The notes under the pieces: model-generated
What the model was told of the DNA's origin: nothing
The model's database searches: none
The model's input: only the letters and a program-made list of their open reading frames with translations
Source: Eledone cirrhosa
Taxonomy: Eukaryota
Assembly: GCA_964016885.1 (NCBI GenBank)
Contig: OZ024759.1
Location: 20,088,001 to 20,152,000 of the forward strand
DNA: 64,000 nt
Reading direction: 5' to 3'
Part shown: positions 27,092 through 39,955 of the stretch, in pieces
Layout: every line of letters begins with the position of its first letter
How positions within the stretch are numbered: the first letter of the stretch is position 1
Program-made: the position numbers and the translations under genes

Positions 27092-27147
27092 AAATAGGGA
27101 TGGACAAATGAAACCATCTTTCTCGTTTATTATTATTATTATTTATG

Positions 27148-27330
27148 GGCGGTGGATTGGCAGTATCGGACGCCATGCTTTGACGCATAGAGTTACGGCC
27201 CTTGCCATTCTGAGTTCAAATCCCGCCAAGGTTAACTTTGCCTTTCATCCTTACGGGGTCGATAAAATAAAGTACCAGTAATGTACTGGGTAATTGCTTG
27301 CCTTGTGCCAATAGTAGAAACAATTATTAT
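27148..27330 (+). mobile_element. SINE family B copy
   Basis: Same consensus. Confidence 0.85.
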
Positions 27331-27384
27331 TTATGGCCTGGTGCCAAAAGTAGAAACAAGTATTATTTATATCATCATAATGTT

Positions 27385-27780
27385 ATCATCATTTTACATC
27401 TGCTTTTCCCTGCTTGCAAGTGTGGGACGGGTCCTATTCAGTGGGATGGGTCCTATTCAGCACAGCATCTCTCCACTTGTCACGGTCCTTTGTCATCTCC
27501 TCCATGAGCTTCAGTAATCTGAGGTTTGCTCTAACCACCTCCGCCCATGTTTTTTGTGGTCTTCCTCTACAGCGTTTTCCTTCTACTGGGATTTCTTGGC
27601 ACTTCTTTACCCAGCAGTCATCCTCCATGTGCATCACATGTCCATACCATCGCAGTCTTCTCTCCCGCACACTACAACTTATCCCTCTTATACACAGTTT
27701 CTCTCTCAACTCATCTATTCATGATCATTCATGTACATTGATATTGCACATCCAATGGAGCATGCTTGCTTCATTTCTCT
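27385..27780 (-). mobile_element. RTE-clade LINE 3' fragment
   Basis: RERRLRWYGHVMHME...GRPQKTW. Confidence 0.9.
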
Positions 27781-28879
27781 ATATATTATATATATTATAT
27801 ATATATATATGATATATTTTTATATATAATATATTTATATATAGACATTATTAGAATCCTTCTTGTAAAACCTAAAGAAAGACGATAGAGTGCAATATAG
27901 TTACCAATGCAGTTATACCACACCCTACGTCATTAATTGGTTCCAGACATCAAGACTTAAGTAAAGAAAAACGACTAATGTCAAATTAATCCCCATATAA
28001 ACCGCTAATAAGCATTCTCTACTTTACTTTATGCTGTATATTGTAGCATTTATTTAAATGGGAGTTTTACTGCTTTTATCGTTTAATGTTTTTGGCAGAT
28101 TGACATAAATTGGAATTAATTGTCATAACACAAGATATATTTTTGCTATTAAGAAAAAACTGCCGTAACTTCGAAAATGATGAAACTAGAAATCATGTAA
28201 CCTAAGGTGTAGCTGTGTAGTGCTTTAACCCTTTAACATTTACACTGGCCACATCTGGCCAGAATTCTTTCACCTCTTTCTGTTCAAACCAGCCATAACT
28301 GGCCATTCATATCAATGTTCAGGTATTGTTCTCAAAATAAACAATATCAAAATCTCATAGATTCAATATTATTTCTTCTTCTTCTTCTTCTTCTTCTTCT
28401 TCTTCTTCTTCTGCTCCTCCTCCTCCTCCTCCTCCTCCTCCTTTTTCTATTTCTTTTTCCTTCTCTTTTTCTTTTTCTTCTTCTTCTTCTCCTCCTCCTC
28501 CTTTTTCTATTTCTTTTTCCTTTTCTTTTTCTTCTTCTTCTTCTTTTTCTTCTTTTTCTTCTTCTTCTGTTTCTTCTTTTTCTTCTTTTTCTTCTTTTTC
28601 TTCTTTTTCTTCTTTTTCTTCTTTTTCTTCTTCTTCTTCTTCTTTTTCTTTTTCTTCTTCTTCTTCTTTGCTTTCTTCTTTTTCTTTTTCTTTTTCTTCT
28701 TCTACTTCTTCTTCTCCTCCTCCTCTTTCTATTTCTTTTTCCTTTTCTTTTTCTTCTTCTTCTTTTTCTTTTCTTTTTCTTCTTTTTTTTCTTTTTCTTC
28801 TTTTTTTCTTTTTCTTCTTTTTCTTCTTTTTCTTCTTCTTCTTCTTCTTCTTATTCTTCTTCTTCTTATTCTTCTTCTT

Positions 28880-29060
28880 TCACCCACTTATTCCTGAGAG
28901 GGTGGTGGGGCAGAGTCCTCAAACACTCCTTCCAGCAGGTCCTATCAGAAGCAACCATCTCCAACTGACCCAGCTGGATCCCCATACATGACCTGCCAAC
29001 CTCATAGATGTTATCCAACCATCTACCCCTGGGTCTCCTACCTGTTAGTTTCACCTGTAA
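28880..29060 (-). mobile_element. Second RTE-family 3' fragment with long (GAA)-rich tail
   Basis: GRRPRGRWLDNI...ASDRTCWK; tail continues into the 28371-28880 CTT tract. Confidence 0.7.
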
Positions 29061-29118
29061 AATTAATTTTAACCTGTTGACTTACACTTCTTGCTTATAT
29101 ATATATATATGTGTGTGT

Positions 29119-29449
29119 GGAGGCACATGGCTTAGTGGTTAGAGCATTGGCCTTGCAATCAAAAGGTTGTGAGTTCAATTCTCAGACCGGGTGATGTGTT
29201 GTTTCCTTGAGCAAGACACTTTATTTCACATTGCTCCAGTTTACTCAGCTGTAGAAATGAGATGATAGGGACTGGGGTCCATATCATTCCACTGTAAAGT
29301 GGTCGTGGAGGTGCCACGGCAAAAAAGCACCCAGCACTCTCTGTAAATGAGGTTGGTGTTAGGAAGGGCATCCAGCTGTAGAAATCAAGCCAGAATCAGT
29401 TCCCGTCCCACCCTTGCAAGCAGGGAAAAGTGGACATAAAATGAAATGA
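29119..29449 (+). mobile_element. SINE family A copy
   Basis: Nearly full length. Confidence 0.9.
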
Positions 29450-29483
29450 TATATATATATATATATATATAGCATTATATATA

Positions 29484-29670
29484 GGGGTGGATTGGCAGTA
29501 TCAGTAGAGGGTCGGACGCCATGCTTTCCAGCATAGTTACGTCCCTTTATGATCTGAGTTCAAATCCCGCCGAGGTTGACTTTGCCTTTCATCCTTACGG
29601 GGTCGATAAAATAAAGTACCAGTAATGCACTGGGTAATTGCTGGCCTTGTGCCTAAAGTAGAAACAATTA
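29484..29670 (+). mobile_element. SINE family B copy
   Basis: Flanked by duplicated tatatatagcattatat. Confidence 0.85.
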
Positions 29671-30103
29671 TATATATATATATAGCATTATATGGATAGA
29701 GAAAATGTGGGAGGGTGGGATTAAGTGAGAAATACATATAAAGTGAAGATCACCTCACCCCAGTAGTGAATTTATAATTTATTTATCCATCAGGAAACAA
29801 CACCAAAAACTTCAGCACTGAGCATATAAAAAAAAACGTTATGTTTTTCTGTTTTTTCTGTCCAAGTTCTAGCTGCCTGATGAGGTCACAACTGTTGCAT
29901 AATGGTTATCACCAAAATATATATAAACAGTGAATATAAATAAATAAAGTTAATTTTAACCTGTTAACTTATACTTCTTATATTATAAATGTGTGTGTGT
30001 GTGTTAAGTATTCCCAAAGAAAAAAGCAAAGGTAAAAAGAGTGCTCTATATATAGAACAGAGCTATTTAATTAGAAAGTGAACAACACAATATATAACTA
30101 CTC

Positions 30104-30165
30104 CATTACCAAAGGTTTCAGGACCCTGGACAATATTAACATATGTCTAGTTCACTCATCAGACG
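30104..30165 (-). ncRNA. Degenerate hammerhead motif
   Basis: Reverse complement reads CGT-CTGATGA-imperfect stem II-GAAACC-TTT-GGTA-ATG. Confidence 0.45.
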
Positions 30166-30536
30166 ACAAGTGCAGAGAGATCTCCAGATATAAAGCAATG
30201 CCTGTGCCGTGAAGCTTTTATAGTGAGCAAAGGCTCTGCTCAAAGCCAGTCCCACTCTCTTAACCAAGATGATATTTACCAAAAAGAAGAACAAGTCAAC
30301 ATCATTGGATACCATCAGATACCATATATATATATATATATATACAGATCCTGAACAAGCAATGCCTGTACTTTGAAGGATTTTTAAGTGGGGAAAGGCC
30401 TTGCACTCCACCAATCCCACCCTCTGAGCATCGAAAACATTAACTGAAAAGGAGAACTGGTCAACATCATCGGATGCTTCTGAAATCGAAGGTTATTTTT
30501 TTTTTAACAGTTTCCCTCTCTTAGAAAGGTGTTGTG

Positions 30537-30567
<31 letters not shown>

Positions 30568-31691
30568 ACATTATATGGATAGAGAAAATGTGGGAGGGTG
30601 GGATTAAGAGTGAAAGACATATAAGAGGGAGGACCCCGCGCCAGTAGTGAATTTATAATTTATTTATCGATCAGGAAAGGATTAAAGGTGATGTTTGACC
30701 TCGCCAGCTTTTCAACTGAAAGTGCAGAGAGCTGGAACGAATACTGCAAACCATTCTTGCTGACGCTCCACCGACTTTGCTGAACTTTACAACAATATCT
30801 GTCGACAATTTCCTCCCATCTGAAACATATTTCGTAACCAATGATTCAGTGTACAATGTTTCATCTCTGTTATGGTCCAGCTGTTGTTCACGTCTGTGAA
30901 TGATGTTGTCACTACCACTGCCGTTACCATCTTTTGTTCTCATCATCATCATCACCATCATCACCATTACCATCACCATCATCACCATTACCATCACCAT
31001 CACCATCATCATCATTATCCTTACCATCATCAACATCACCATCACCACCATCACGATCACCATCAGCATCATTATCCTTACCATCATCATCATCATCACC
31101 ACCATCACCATTACCATCATCATAAGCAGCATCATCACCATCAGCATCATTATCCTTACCATCACCACCACCACCATCATCACCATCATCCTCACCATCA
31201 TCACCATTACCATCACCATCACCATTATCATCATCATAAGCAGCGTCATCACCATCATCATCATTATCCTTACCATCATCAACATCACCATCACCACCAT
31301 CACCATTACCATCATCAACATCACCATCATCACCACCACCACCACCATCATCATCACAACCACCACCACTATTACCACTCACCACCACCACCACTAACAC
31401 CACCACCATCATCACCATCACCATCACCATCACCACCATCACTACCACCACCATCATCACCACCACCACCATCACCACCATCAGACCACCACCACCACCA
31501 CCACCACCACCAGCCCCATATTCCACTACATTACCTCTTATATCAGACACAGTAACAGCAGCAATACCTTAATTCCTCATAAGATATGAACCAATGACTA
31601 AACTAGAATTCTTATAATCTGATATTCTGATATTCTTATGTTATTTTAGTTCTTTCAGTCATTAGACAGAAGCTTTGTGTACTTGGAGGGT

Positions 31692-31755
<64 letters not shown>

Positions 31756-31756
31756 T

Positions 31757-31791
<35 letters not shown>

Positions 31792-31804
31792 ATATATATG
31801 TGTT

Positions 31805-31843
<39 letters not shown>

Positions 31844-31856
31844 ATATATATGTGTT

Positions 31857-31891
<35 letters not shown>

Positions 31892-32110
31892 ATATATATG
31901 TGTTTATATATATATGTGTGTGTGTGTGTGTATATATATGTGTTTATATATATTCATATATGTATATATATATATACATATATATATGTGTGCGTGTATA
32001 TATGTGTTTATATATATACATATATGTATGTATATATATATACATATATATATGCGTGAGTGTATATATGTGTTTATTATATATATACACATATGTATAT
32101 ATATATATAC

Positions 32111-32168
<58 letters not shown>

Positions 32169-32378
32169 GTATATATATATATACATATATGTATATATAT
32201 ATATATATATATATACATATATATTTATGTAAACATGATTCTAAATTATATTTATATGATCATACTTTTCTCGTGCTTCTTGCTTTCCTCTCTTATATCA
32301 ATGTTAATATCTATTATTTTTGCTTTCTTACCCAGAATGTCGTTTGACAAACTTATCTGTGTTCTGACTTTTCATTTA

Positions 32379-32425
32379 TGCTCTGATGAATTCAGCCTTG
32401 TGCTTGGATGAAACAACCGTTAGTA
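32379..32425 (+). ncRNA. Minimal hammerhead motif
   Basis: TGCT-CTGATGA-ATTCA-loop-TGGAT-GAAAC-AACC-GTT-AGTA. Confidence 0.6.
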
Positions 32426-32505
32426 ATTAAATGCTATCAAACACTCTTTGATTGTTATTTATAAAGTATATATTTATAAAGTACATATTTATGTATATAA
32501 ATATA

Positions 32506-32556
<51 letters not shown>

Positions 32557-32950
32557 CATCATCATCATCCTTGTTTAACGTCCATGTTCCACGCTAGCAT
32601 GGAAGTTAGACGGGAGTTGTCCCACATGACGCAAAATTAGTTAGGTGACTGTGTCTCGCTCGTATAGGACTATCTGGCAAGTTTTCTACAGCTGGATGCC
32701 CTTCCTAACACCAACCACATTTACAGTGTGGACTGGGAGTTTTTTACCGTGTTGCCTACATGACCACATTACAGCAGGGACTGTGTGTTTTTTTGTCGTG
32801 ACACCTACACGATATATATATATATATATATGTGTATATCTGATCACTACTATATTCTCTCTCATTCTCCCTCATTCTCTCTCTCTCTCACTCTCTCTCA
32901 TTCTCTCTCATTCTCTCTCTACATATATATATATATAGAGAGAGAGAGAC

Positions 32951-33289
32951 ATCATCATCATCATCATTTAACGTCCGCTTCTCCCTGCTTGCAAGGGTGG
33001 GACGGGAACTGATTCTGGCTTGATTTCTACAGCTGGATGCCCTTCCTAACACCAACCTCATTTACAGTGAGTGCTGGGTACTTTTTTTCCATGGCGCCTA
33101 CACCTCCACTTTACAGTGTGGGCTGGGTGCTTTTTTTGCCGTGGCACCTCCACGACCCCTTTGCAGTGGAATGATAGGGACCCCAGTCCCTATCATCTCA
33201 TTTCTACAGCTGAGTAAACTGGAGCAATGTGAAATAAAGTGTCTTGCTCAAGGAAACAACACATCACCCGGTCTGAGAATTGAACTCAG
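32951..33289 (-). mobile_element. SINE family A copy, head truncated
   Basis: Two internal units; short inverted piece at the 5' junction. Confidence 0.85.
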
Positions 33290-33504
33290 ACCGGGTGATG
33301 TGTTGTTGTTTATATATATATCATCATCATCACTGTTTAACATTTATTTTCCATGTTTTTTCATTGGTTACACAGTTTGTCACGCTGTTAGACAAGTCAT
33401 ATCCGGTGACTGTCTCACTCATACGGAACTGTTTCTGGTTTAGTTTCTATGGCTGGATGCCCTTCCTAATGTCAAACATGTTACTGTGTGGACTTGGTGT
33501 TATT

Positions 33505-34010
33505 TGATGTAGACCCCAACTGACTATCTGATAGGGTGGAGTGGATGCTGTTTCATTATTGTACCAACACAACCACTTTATATGGTGGACTGAGTGTTTT
33601 TTGTTGTGTCACCAACTGACCATCCGATAGTGTGGAGTGGATGCTGTTTCATTATTGTACCAACACAACCACTTTATATGGTGGACTGGGTGTTTTTTGT
33701 TGTGTCACCAACTGACCATCCGATAGTGTGGAGTGGATGCTGTTTCATTATTGTACCAACACAACCACTTTATATGGTGGACTGAGTGTTTTTTGTTGTG
33801 TCACCAACTGACCATCCGATAGTGTGGAGTGGATGCTGTTTCATTATTGTACCAACACAACCACTTTATATGGTGGACTTGGTGTTATTTGTTGTAGACC
33901 CCAACTGACTATCTGATAGGGTGGAGTGGGTGCTGTTTCATTATTGTACCAACACAACCACTTTATATGGTGGACTGGGTGTTTTTTTGTTGTGTCACCA
34001 GCGCAACCAC
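33505..34010. repeat. ~106 bp tandem repeat, ~5 copies, derived from a SINE-like body
   Basis: gtggagtggatgctgtttcattattgtaccaacacaaccactttatatgg recurs. Confidence 0.85.
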
Positions 34011-34144
34011 CTTATATGGTTGACTAGGTGTTTTTGTTGTGTCACCAGCATGACCACATTACAGGGTAGTCTGGGTGCTTTCTATCATGTCACCAGCACA
34101 ACCACTACTATATGACTACTATATACTGAAACACTACAACACAT

Positions 34145-34371
34145 TTAACCCTTTATCATTTACATTACTCTATATTTACTATTGTATTTTCATTGTAAAG
34201 GCTTTACCTCACATAATTATCTCACATAATATCGAATCTACAAGATTTGGGTATTATTTATTTTGAGAACAATACCTTAATATAAGTATGAGTGGCTAAT
34301 TATGGCTGGTTTGAACAGAAAGAGGTGAGAGTTGTGGCCGGATATGGCTGGTTTAAATGCTAAAGGGTTAA
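34145..34371 (+). mobile_element. piggyBac-like MITE (uninterrupted, ~225 bp)
   Basis: TTAA flanks and CCCTTTA/TAAAGGG termini. Confidence 0.85.
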
Positions 34372-35374
34372 ATACCACTGCTAATGGTTAAACAATTGAA
34401 CATAGGTTTGTTCAAGCAGGGCTGCCCAGGGGCTAAACAACAACACCAGCAATCACAACCACCACCTCCACCACCTTCTTCATAACCACCAACACCGCCA
34501 CCATTACCACCACCACCAACACCGCCACCATTACCACCACCACCACCAACACAGCCACCACCACCACCACCAATACTACCCCACCACCATCACCACTACT
34601 ACCTTCCACCACCACCATCACCACCAACACAGCCACCATCACCACCACCAATACTACCCCACCACCACCACCATCACCACCAATACTACCCCCACCACCA
34701 TCACCACCACCACCACAATGACCACCACCACCACAATCACCACTACCACCACCAACAACATTATCAGCCCACAATCATCATCACCACCACCACCACCACA
34801 ATCACCACAATCACCACCACCTCCACCAACACAGCCACCACCACCACCACCAATACTACCCCACCACCATCACCACTACTACCTCCACCACCACCATCAC
34901 CACCAACACAGCCACCATCACCACCACCACCATCACCACCAATACTACCCCCACCACCACCACCATCACCACCACCACAATCACCACTACCACCACCAAC
35001 AACATTATCAGCCCACAATCATCATCACCACCACCACAATCACCACAATCTTCACCACCACCACCACCACCACCACCACCAACACAGCCACCACCACCAC
35101 CAATACTACCGCACCACCATCACCACTACTACCTTCCACCACCACCATCACCACCAACACAGCCACCATCACCACCACCAATACTACCCCACCACCACCA
35201 CCAATACTACCCCCACCATCACCACAATCACCACTACCACCACCAACAACATTATCAGCCCACAATCATCATCACCACCACCACCACCACCACAATCACC
35301 ACAATCTTCACCACCTCCACCACAATCACCACCACCTCCACCACACAGTAATTTTACCTCTACTATTTTCACAG

Positions 35375-35558
35375 GACATTGGTGGTAAACTGGTTCATAT
35401 CTTTTGGACAGACTGGAACAAGGATATCAAAATAGCCGCTGCCTATTGTCTTGGATGCAACAATCAAGGCAAACTCTTCCATGATGACCTAATCACCAAG
35501 TTGAGTTCCTCTGAAGATTCCATCCGGCGGAAATCCATCTGGATTGTTGGTCAATTCA
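35375..35558 (+). CDS. HEATR4: Next internal coding exon of HEATR4-like gene (DIGGKLVHIFWTDWNKDIKIAAAYCLGCNNQGKLFHDDLITKLSSSEDSIRRKSIWIVGQF)
   Basis: Acceptor tactattttcacag| and donor TCA|gtaagt; 184 nt, phase 0-1. Motif KL..hhW.DWNK.h+.AAA..LG....GK..HD matches recalled HEATR4 ([29 protein letters not shown]). Confidence 0.9.
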
Positions 35559-35585
35559 GTAAGTAGAAAGTTCATGGCTTAACTC

Positions 35586-37388
35586 TTTAGCATTTACATG
35601 TCTAAAGCATTTACATGCCTTTAGCATTTACATGTCTAAAGCATTTACATGCCTTTAGCATTTACATGTCTAAAGCATTTACATGCCTTTAGCATTTACA
35701 TGTCTAAAGCATTTACATGTCTAAAGCATTTACATGCCTTTAGCATTTACATGTCTAAAGCATTTACATGCCTTTAGCATTTACATGTCTAAAGCATTTA
35801 CATGCCTTTAGCATTTACATGTCTAAAGCATTTACATGCCTTTAGCATTTACATGTCTAAAGCATTTACATGCCTTTAGCATTTACATGTCTAAAGCATT
35901 TACATGCCTTTAGCATTTACATGTCTAAAGCATTTACATGCCTTTAGCATTTACATGTCTAAAGCATTTACATGCCTTTAGCATTTACATGTCTAAAGCA
36001 TTTACATGCCTTTAGCATTTACATGTCTAAAGCATTTACATGCCTTTAGCATTTACATGTCTAAAGCATTTACATGTCTTTAGCATTTACATGTCTAAAG
36101 CATTTACATGTCTTTAGCATTTACATGTCTAAAGCATTTACATGTCTTTAGCATTTACATGTCTAAAGCATTTACATGTCTTTAGTATTTACATGTCTAA
36201 AGCATTTACATGTCTTTAGTATTTACATGTCTAAAGCATTTACATGCCTTTAGCATTTACATGTCTAAAGCATTTACATGCCTTTAGCATTTACATGTCT
36301 AAAGCATTTACATGTCTAAAGCATTTACATGCCTTTAGCATTTACATGTCTAAAGCATTTACATGTCTTTAGCATTTACATGTCTAAAGCATTTACATGC
36401 CTTTAGCATTTACATGTCTAAAGCATTTACATGTCTTTAGCATTTACATGTCTAAAGCATTTACATGTCTAAAGCATTTACATGCCTTTAGCATTTACAT
36501 GTCTAAAGCATTTACATGTCTTTAGCATTTACATGTCTAAAGCATTTACATGCCTTTAGCATTTACATGTCTAAAGCATTTACATGTCTTTAGCATTTAC
36601 ATGTCTAAAGCATTTACATGTCTAAAGCATTTACATGCCTTTAGCATTTACATGTCTAAAGCATTTACATGTCTTTAGCATTTACATGTCTAAAGCATTT
36701 ACATGTCTTTAGCATTTACATGCCTTTAGCATTTACATGTCTTTAGCATTTACATGTCTAAAGCATTTACATGCCTTTAGCATTTACATGTCTAAAGCAT
36801 TTACATGCCTTTAGCATTTACATGTCTAAAGCATTTACATGCCTTTAGCATTTACATGTCTAAAGCATTTACATGCCTTTAGCATTTACATGTCTTTAGC
36901 ATTTACATGTCTTTAGCATTTACATGTCTAAAGCATTTACATGTCTTTAGCATTTACATGTCTAAAGCATTTACATGTCTTTAGCATTTACATGCCTTTA
37001 GCATTTACATGTCTAAAGCATTTACATGCCTTTAGCATTTACATGTCTAAAGCAGTTACATGCCTTTAGCATTTACATGTCTAAAGCATTTACATGCCTT
37101 TAGCATTTACATGTCTAAAGCATTTACATGCCTTTAGCATTTACATGTCTAAAGCATTTACATGCCTTTAGCATTTACATGTCTAAAGCATTTACATGCC
37201 TTTAGCATTTACATGTCTAAAGCATTTACATGCCTTTAGCATTTACATGTCTAAAGCATTTACATGCCTTTAGCATTTACATGTCTAAAGCATTTACATG
37301 CCTTTAGCATTTACATGTCTAAAGCATTTACATGCCTTTAGCATTTACATGTCTAAAGCATTTACATGCCTTTAGCATTTACATGTCT
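35586..37388. repeat. 17 bp minisatellite (tttagcatttacatgtc / taaagcatttacatgcc), ~105 monomers
   Basis: Directly visible; mostly a 34 bp dimer. Confidence 0.95.
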
Positions 37389-37475
37389 GTATATAAAGTA
37401 TTGTATTTTCATGGCAAAAGCTTTATTTTACATAATTATCACACATAATATCAAATCTGTGAGATTTTGATATTT

Positions 37476-37655
37476 TGGCAGTATCGGTAGAGGGTCGGAC
37501 GCCATGCTTTGCAGCACAGTTACGTCCCTTTACGGACTGAGTTCAAAACCCGCCGAGGTTAACTTTGCCTTTCATCCTTAAGGGGTCGATAAAATAAAGT
37601 ACCAGTAATACACTGGGATAATTGCTGGCCTTGTGCCAAAAGTAGAAACAATTAT
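37476..37655 (+). mobile_element. SINE family B copy nested in MITE
   Basis: Same consensus. Confidence 0.85.
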
Positions 37656-37979
37656 TTAGTTTGAAAAGAAGACCTTAACATAAGTATGAGGGGCTGGTTA
37701 TGGCTGGTTTGAACAGAAAGAGGTGAGAAACTTTTGGCTGGATATGGCCGGTTTAAATACTAAAGGGTTAAACTGGACATATCCAGCCAGAATTCTCTCT
37801 TATCTTTCTGTTTAAACCAGCTATAACTGACTGTTCATACTGATGTTAAGGCATTGTTCTCAATGGAAATTCAGTCATGAAAGGGTCAGGGACTTTGGTT
37901 TACAGTTGTAAAGTTGTAAGTTCAATTCCCAGATTGGTGCATTATGTTGAGTTGTCTCCTTGAGCAAGACACTTTATAA

Positions 37980-38366
37980 TAATAATAATAATAATGAAAT
38001 TATTGTGTAAAGTGCTCAGGTGCACTACAACTCGTCAATATAGTACATAGAATAATACACAAATGCCAGGGAAGTACATGTTTGTATGTGTTAGCTGTAG
38101 TGTTGGCGGATCTCGGGAAGCATGGAGGCCTTAAAGGATGCAGCGTCTCGACAGCTAACAACTGATGCAGGTAGTTTGTTCCATGCTTCAGCAACTCTGA
38201 GCGTGAAAAAATGTTTCCGAAAGTCATGGGAACTGTGCTGTTTTCTTACTTTGTGGGCATGTCCACGTGTGTTAGACACATGGAAATCGAAAAGGCACTC
38301 AGGGTTGTTGTTGGCAACATGGTTAACAATTTTGTGGGTGTTTACTTTATTTAATATTGCTTCCAT
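37980..38366 (-). mobile_element. CR1-type LINE 3' fragment
   Basis: NTRGHAHKV...FRKHFFTLRVAEAWNKLPASVV..FK; (ATT)n tail. Confidence 0.9.
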
Positions 38367-38856
38367 CCTGTGCTGTCCAGTCAGCTATGACTGGATGAAG
38401 TCCTTTTCGATGCCCTTAAGCACTTAAAAGATTATAGTTAGTCCTCTCTCACCGCTCTCTCTGCATATATAACCCTTTGTTTTGGGGGGAAAAACCTTGA
38501 ATACCCCTGCGTAACCAAAAGTGGACTAGGTGAAACTCTATATACAAGAACTGAAGTGAACTGTCACGGGAACTGTAAGTACAGAGTCTCATTGTAGTCT
38601 CTCATTGGTAGTTTGGAATTACACCTGGTGAATACCTTGGGTGTTACCCTCGTTTCGTGCAGATATACAAAACAGGTCAGTCATACCATTATAACATTCT
38701 TTTTGATATCAACCTCTGGTGCTATGAAAACAAAACTATAGGCCAGATGAGAGCTGATGAGGTTTTAGATGTGTCTGTGATTTTATATCATCTGGTAAGA
38801 ATGGTTGCATTTTTTCAGGGTATGTCAATATTTATTTATAAAACTAACCAATATTA

Positions 38857-38922
38857 TATTTTATCTGATGAAAGCGCACCATAGTTTGCCTTGGTGGCCC
38901 TTGAAATATGTATAATGAAATA
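38857..38922 (+). ncRNA. Hammerhead motif H1
   Basis: Intact core; one G-U pair in stem I. Confidence 0.75.
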
Positions 38923-39173
38923 AATATGGTTTTATAAATATAGTTTCCATTTGTTAATATATTGTATATATATGTATATATAATAGAAAACGAAAGATCA
39001 GTGATGCATCTGAACTCAATTTATTGTGTGTTACAATTGTTTCGCCGGCAGACAGCTCGAGACGCGATCATTGTGTGGATCTGTCTGATTCTGGACCCGC
39101 AGGTTCGACGGACACGTCTAATGATTTCGGAGCATATATATATATATATAAATATAGTAAAATAAAAAATATA

Positions 39174-39443
39174 GACCGGGTGATGTGTTGTTTCCTTGAG
39201 CAAGACACTTTATTTCACATTGCTCCAGTTTACTCAGCTGTAGAAATGAGATGATAGGGACTGGGGTCCATATCATTCCACTGCAAAGTGGTTGTGGAGG
39301 TGCCATGGCAAAAACCACCCAGCACTCACTGTAAATGAGGTTGGTGTTAGGAAGGGCATCCAGCTGTAGAAATCAAGCAAGAATCAGTTCCCGTCCCACC
39401 CTTGCAAGCAGGGAAATAGCAGACGTATGATGAAATGATGATG
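39174..39443 (+). mobile_element. SINE family A copy, 5'-truncated
   Basis: Body and tail. Confidence 0.9.
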
Positions 39444-39489
39444 ATTTATACATAGCATATGTTATATTATTTATTATATACAATTCCCT

Positions 39490-39695
39490 GGCACTAGAGA
39501 TTGTGGCAGACCAAGGAAGACGTGATTGGGGTGCATGAAGAGTGATTTGTATAAATGGAACTTGGCCGATGTCGATACTGTGGACAGAAATTCATGAAGA
39601 GCGGCTGTGACACATTGCCTGGTGTTGCTTACCTTGGAGTCCAAGATAACCGCAGCACCCTAAAGACCAAAACTGGATATGGATGGATATGGATG
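39490..39695 (+). mobile_element. Degenerate RTE 3' fragment
   Basis: GRPRKT*LGCMKSDL...DR; ends in (GGATAT)n. Confidence 0.55.
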
Positions 39696-39955
39696 ACGAT
39701 TTTATTTATTATATATCATTTACAATTTGCATGTAGGCAGGTCTATTTGGAAATAGGGTTGGGGGCACTGAGGGTATTACGTGGCCATAAGCGGGGTGGT
39801 GACCAAAAAAGTTTGAGAACCTCTGGTCTACATGTTTCATCTACTTTTAACCCACCTCACAACTTTCTGTCTCTCCGTAGCGATCACTGGCCACTGTTTT
39901 CCATCCTTAAGGAAAACTTTACTCACTATATATGCTGTTGTCATTGACGGCATTC

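Larger units (their letters stand above)
5533..35374 (+). other. ~29.8 kb GT-AG intron between the two HEATR4-like exons
   Basis: Phase-compatible donor and acceptor; the two peptides are contiguous in the recalled orthologue. Confidence 0.75.
35579..37771 (+). mobile_element. piggyBac-like MITE inflated by a 17/34 bp minisatellite and a SINE
   Basis: TTAA at both ends; MITE body resumes at ~37389. Confidence 0.8.

Noticed and set aside
39755-39825. hAT-like terminus (aaagtttgagaacctctg)
   Set aside because: Only one end is visible; no partner TIR or TSD.
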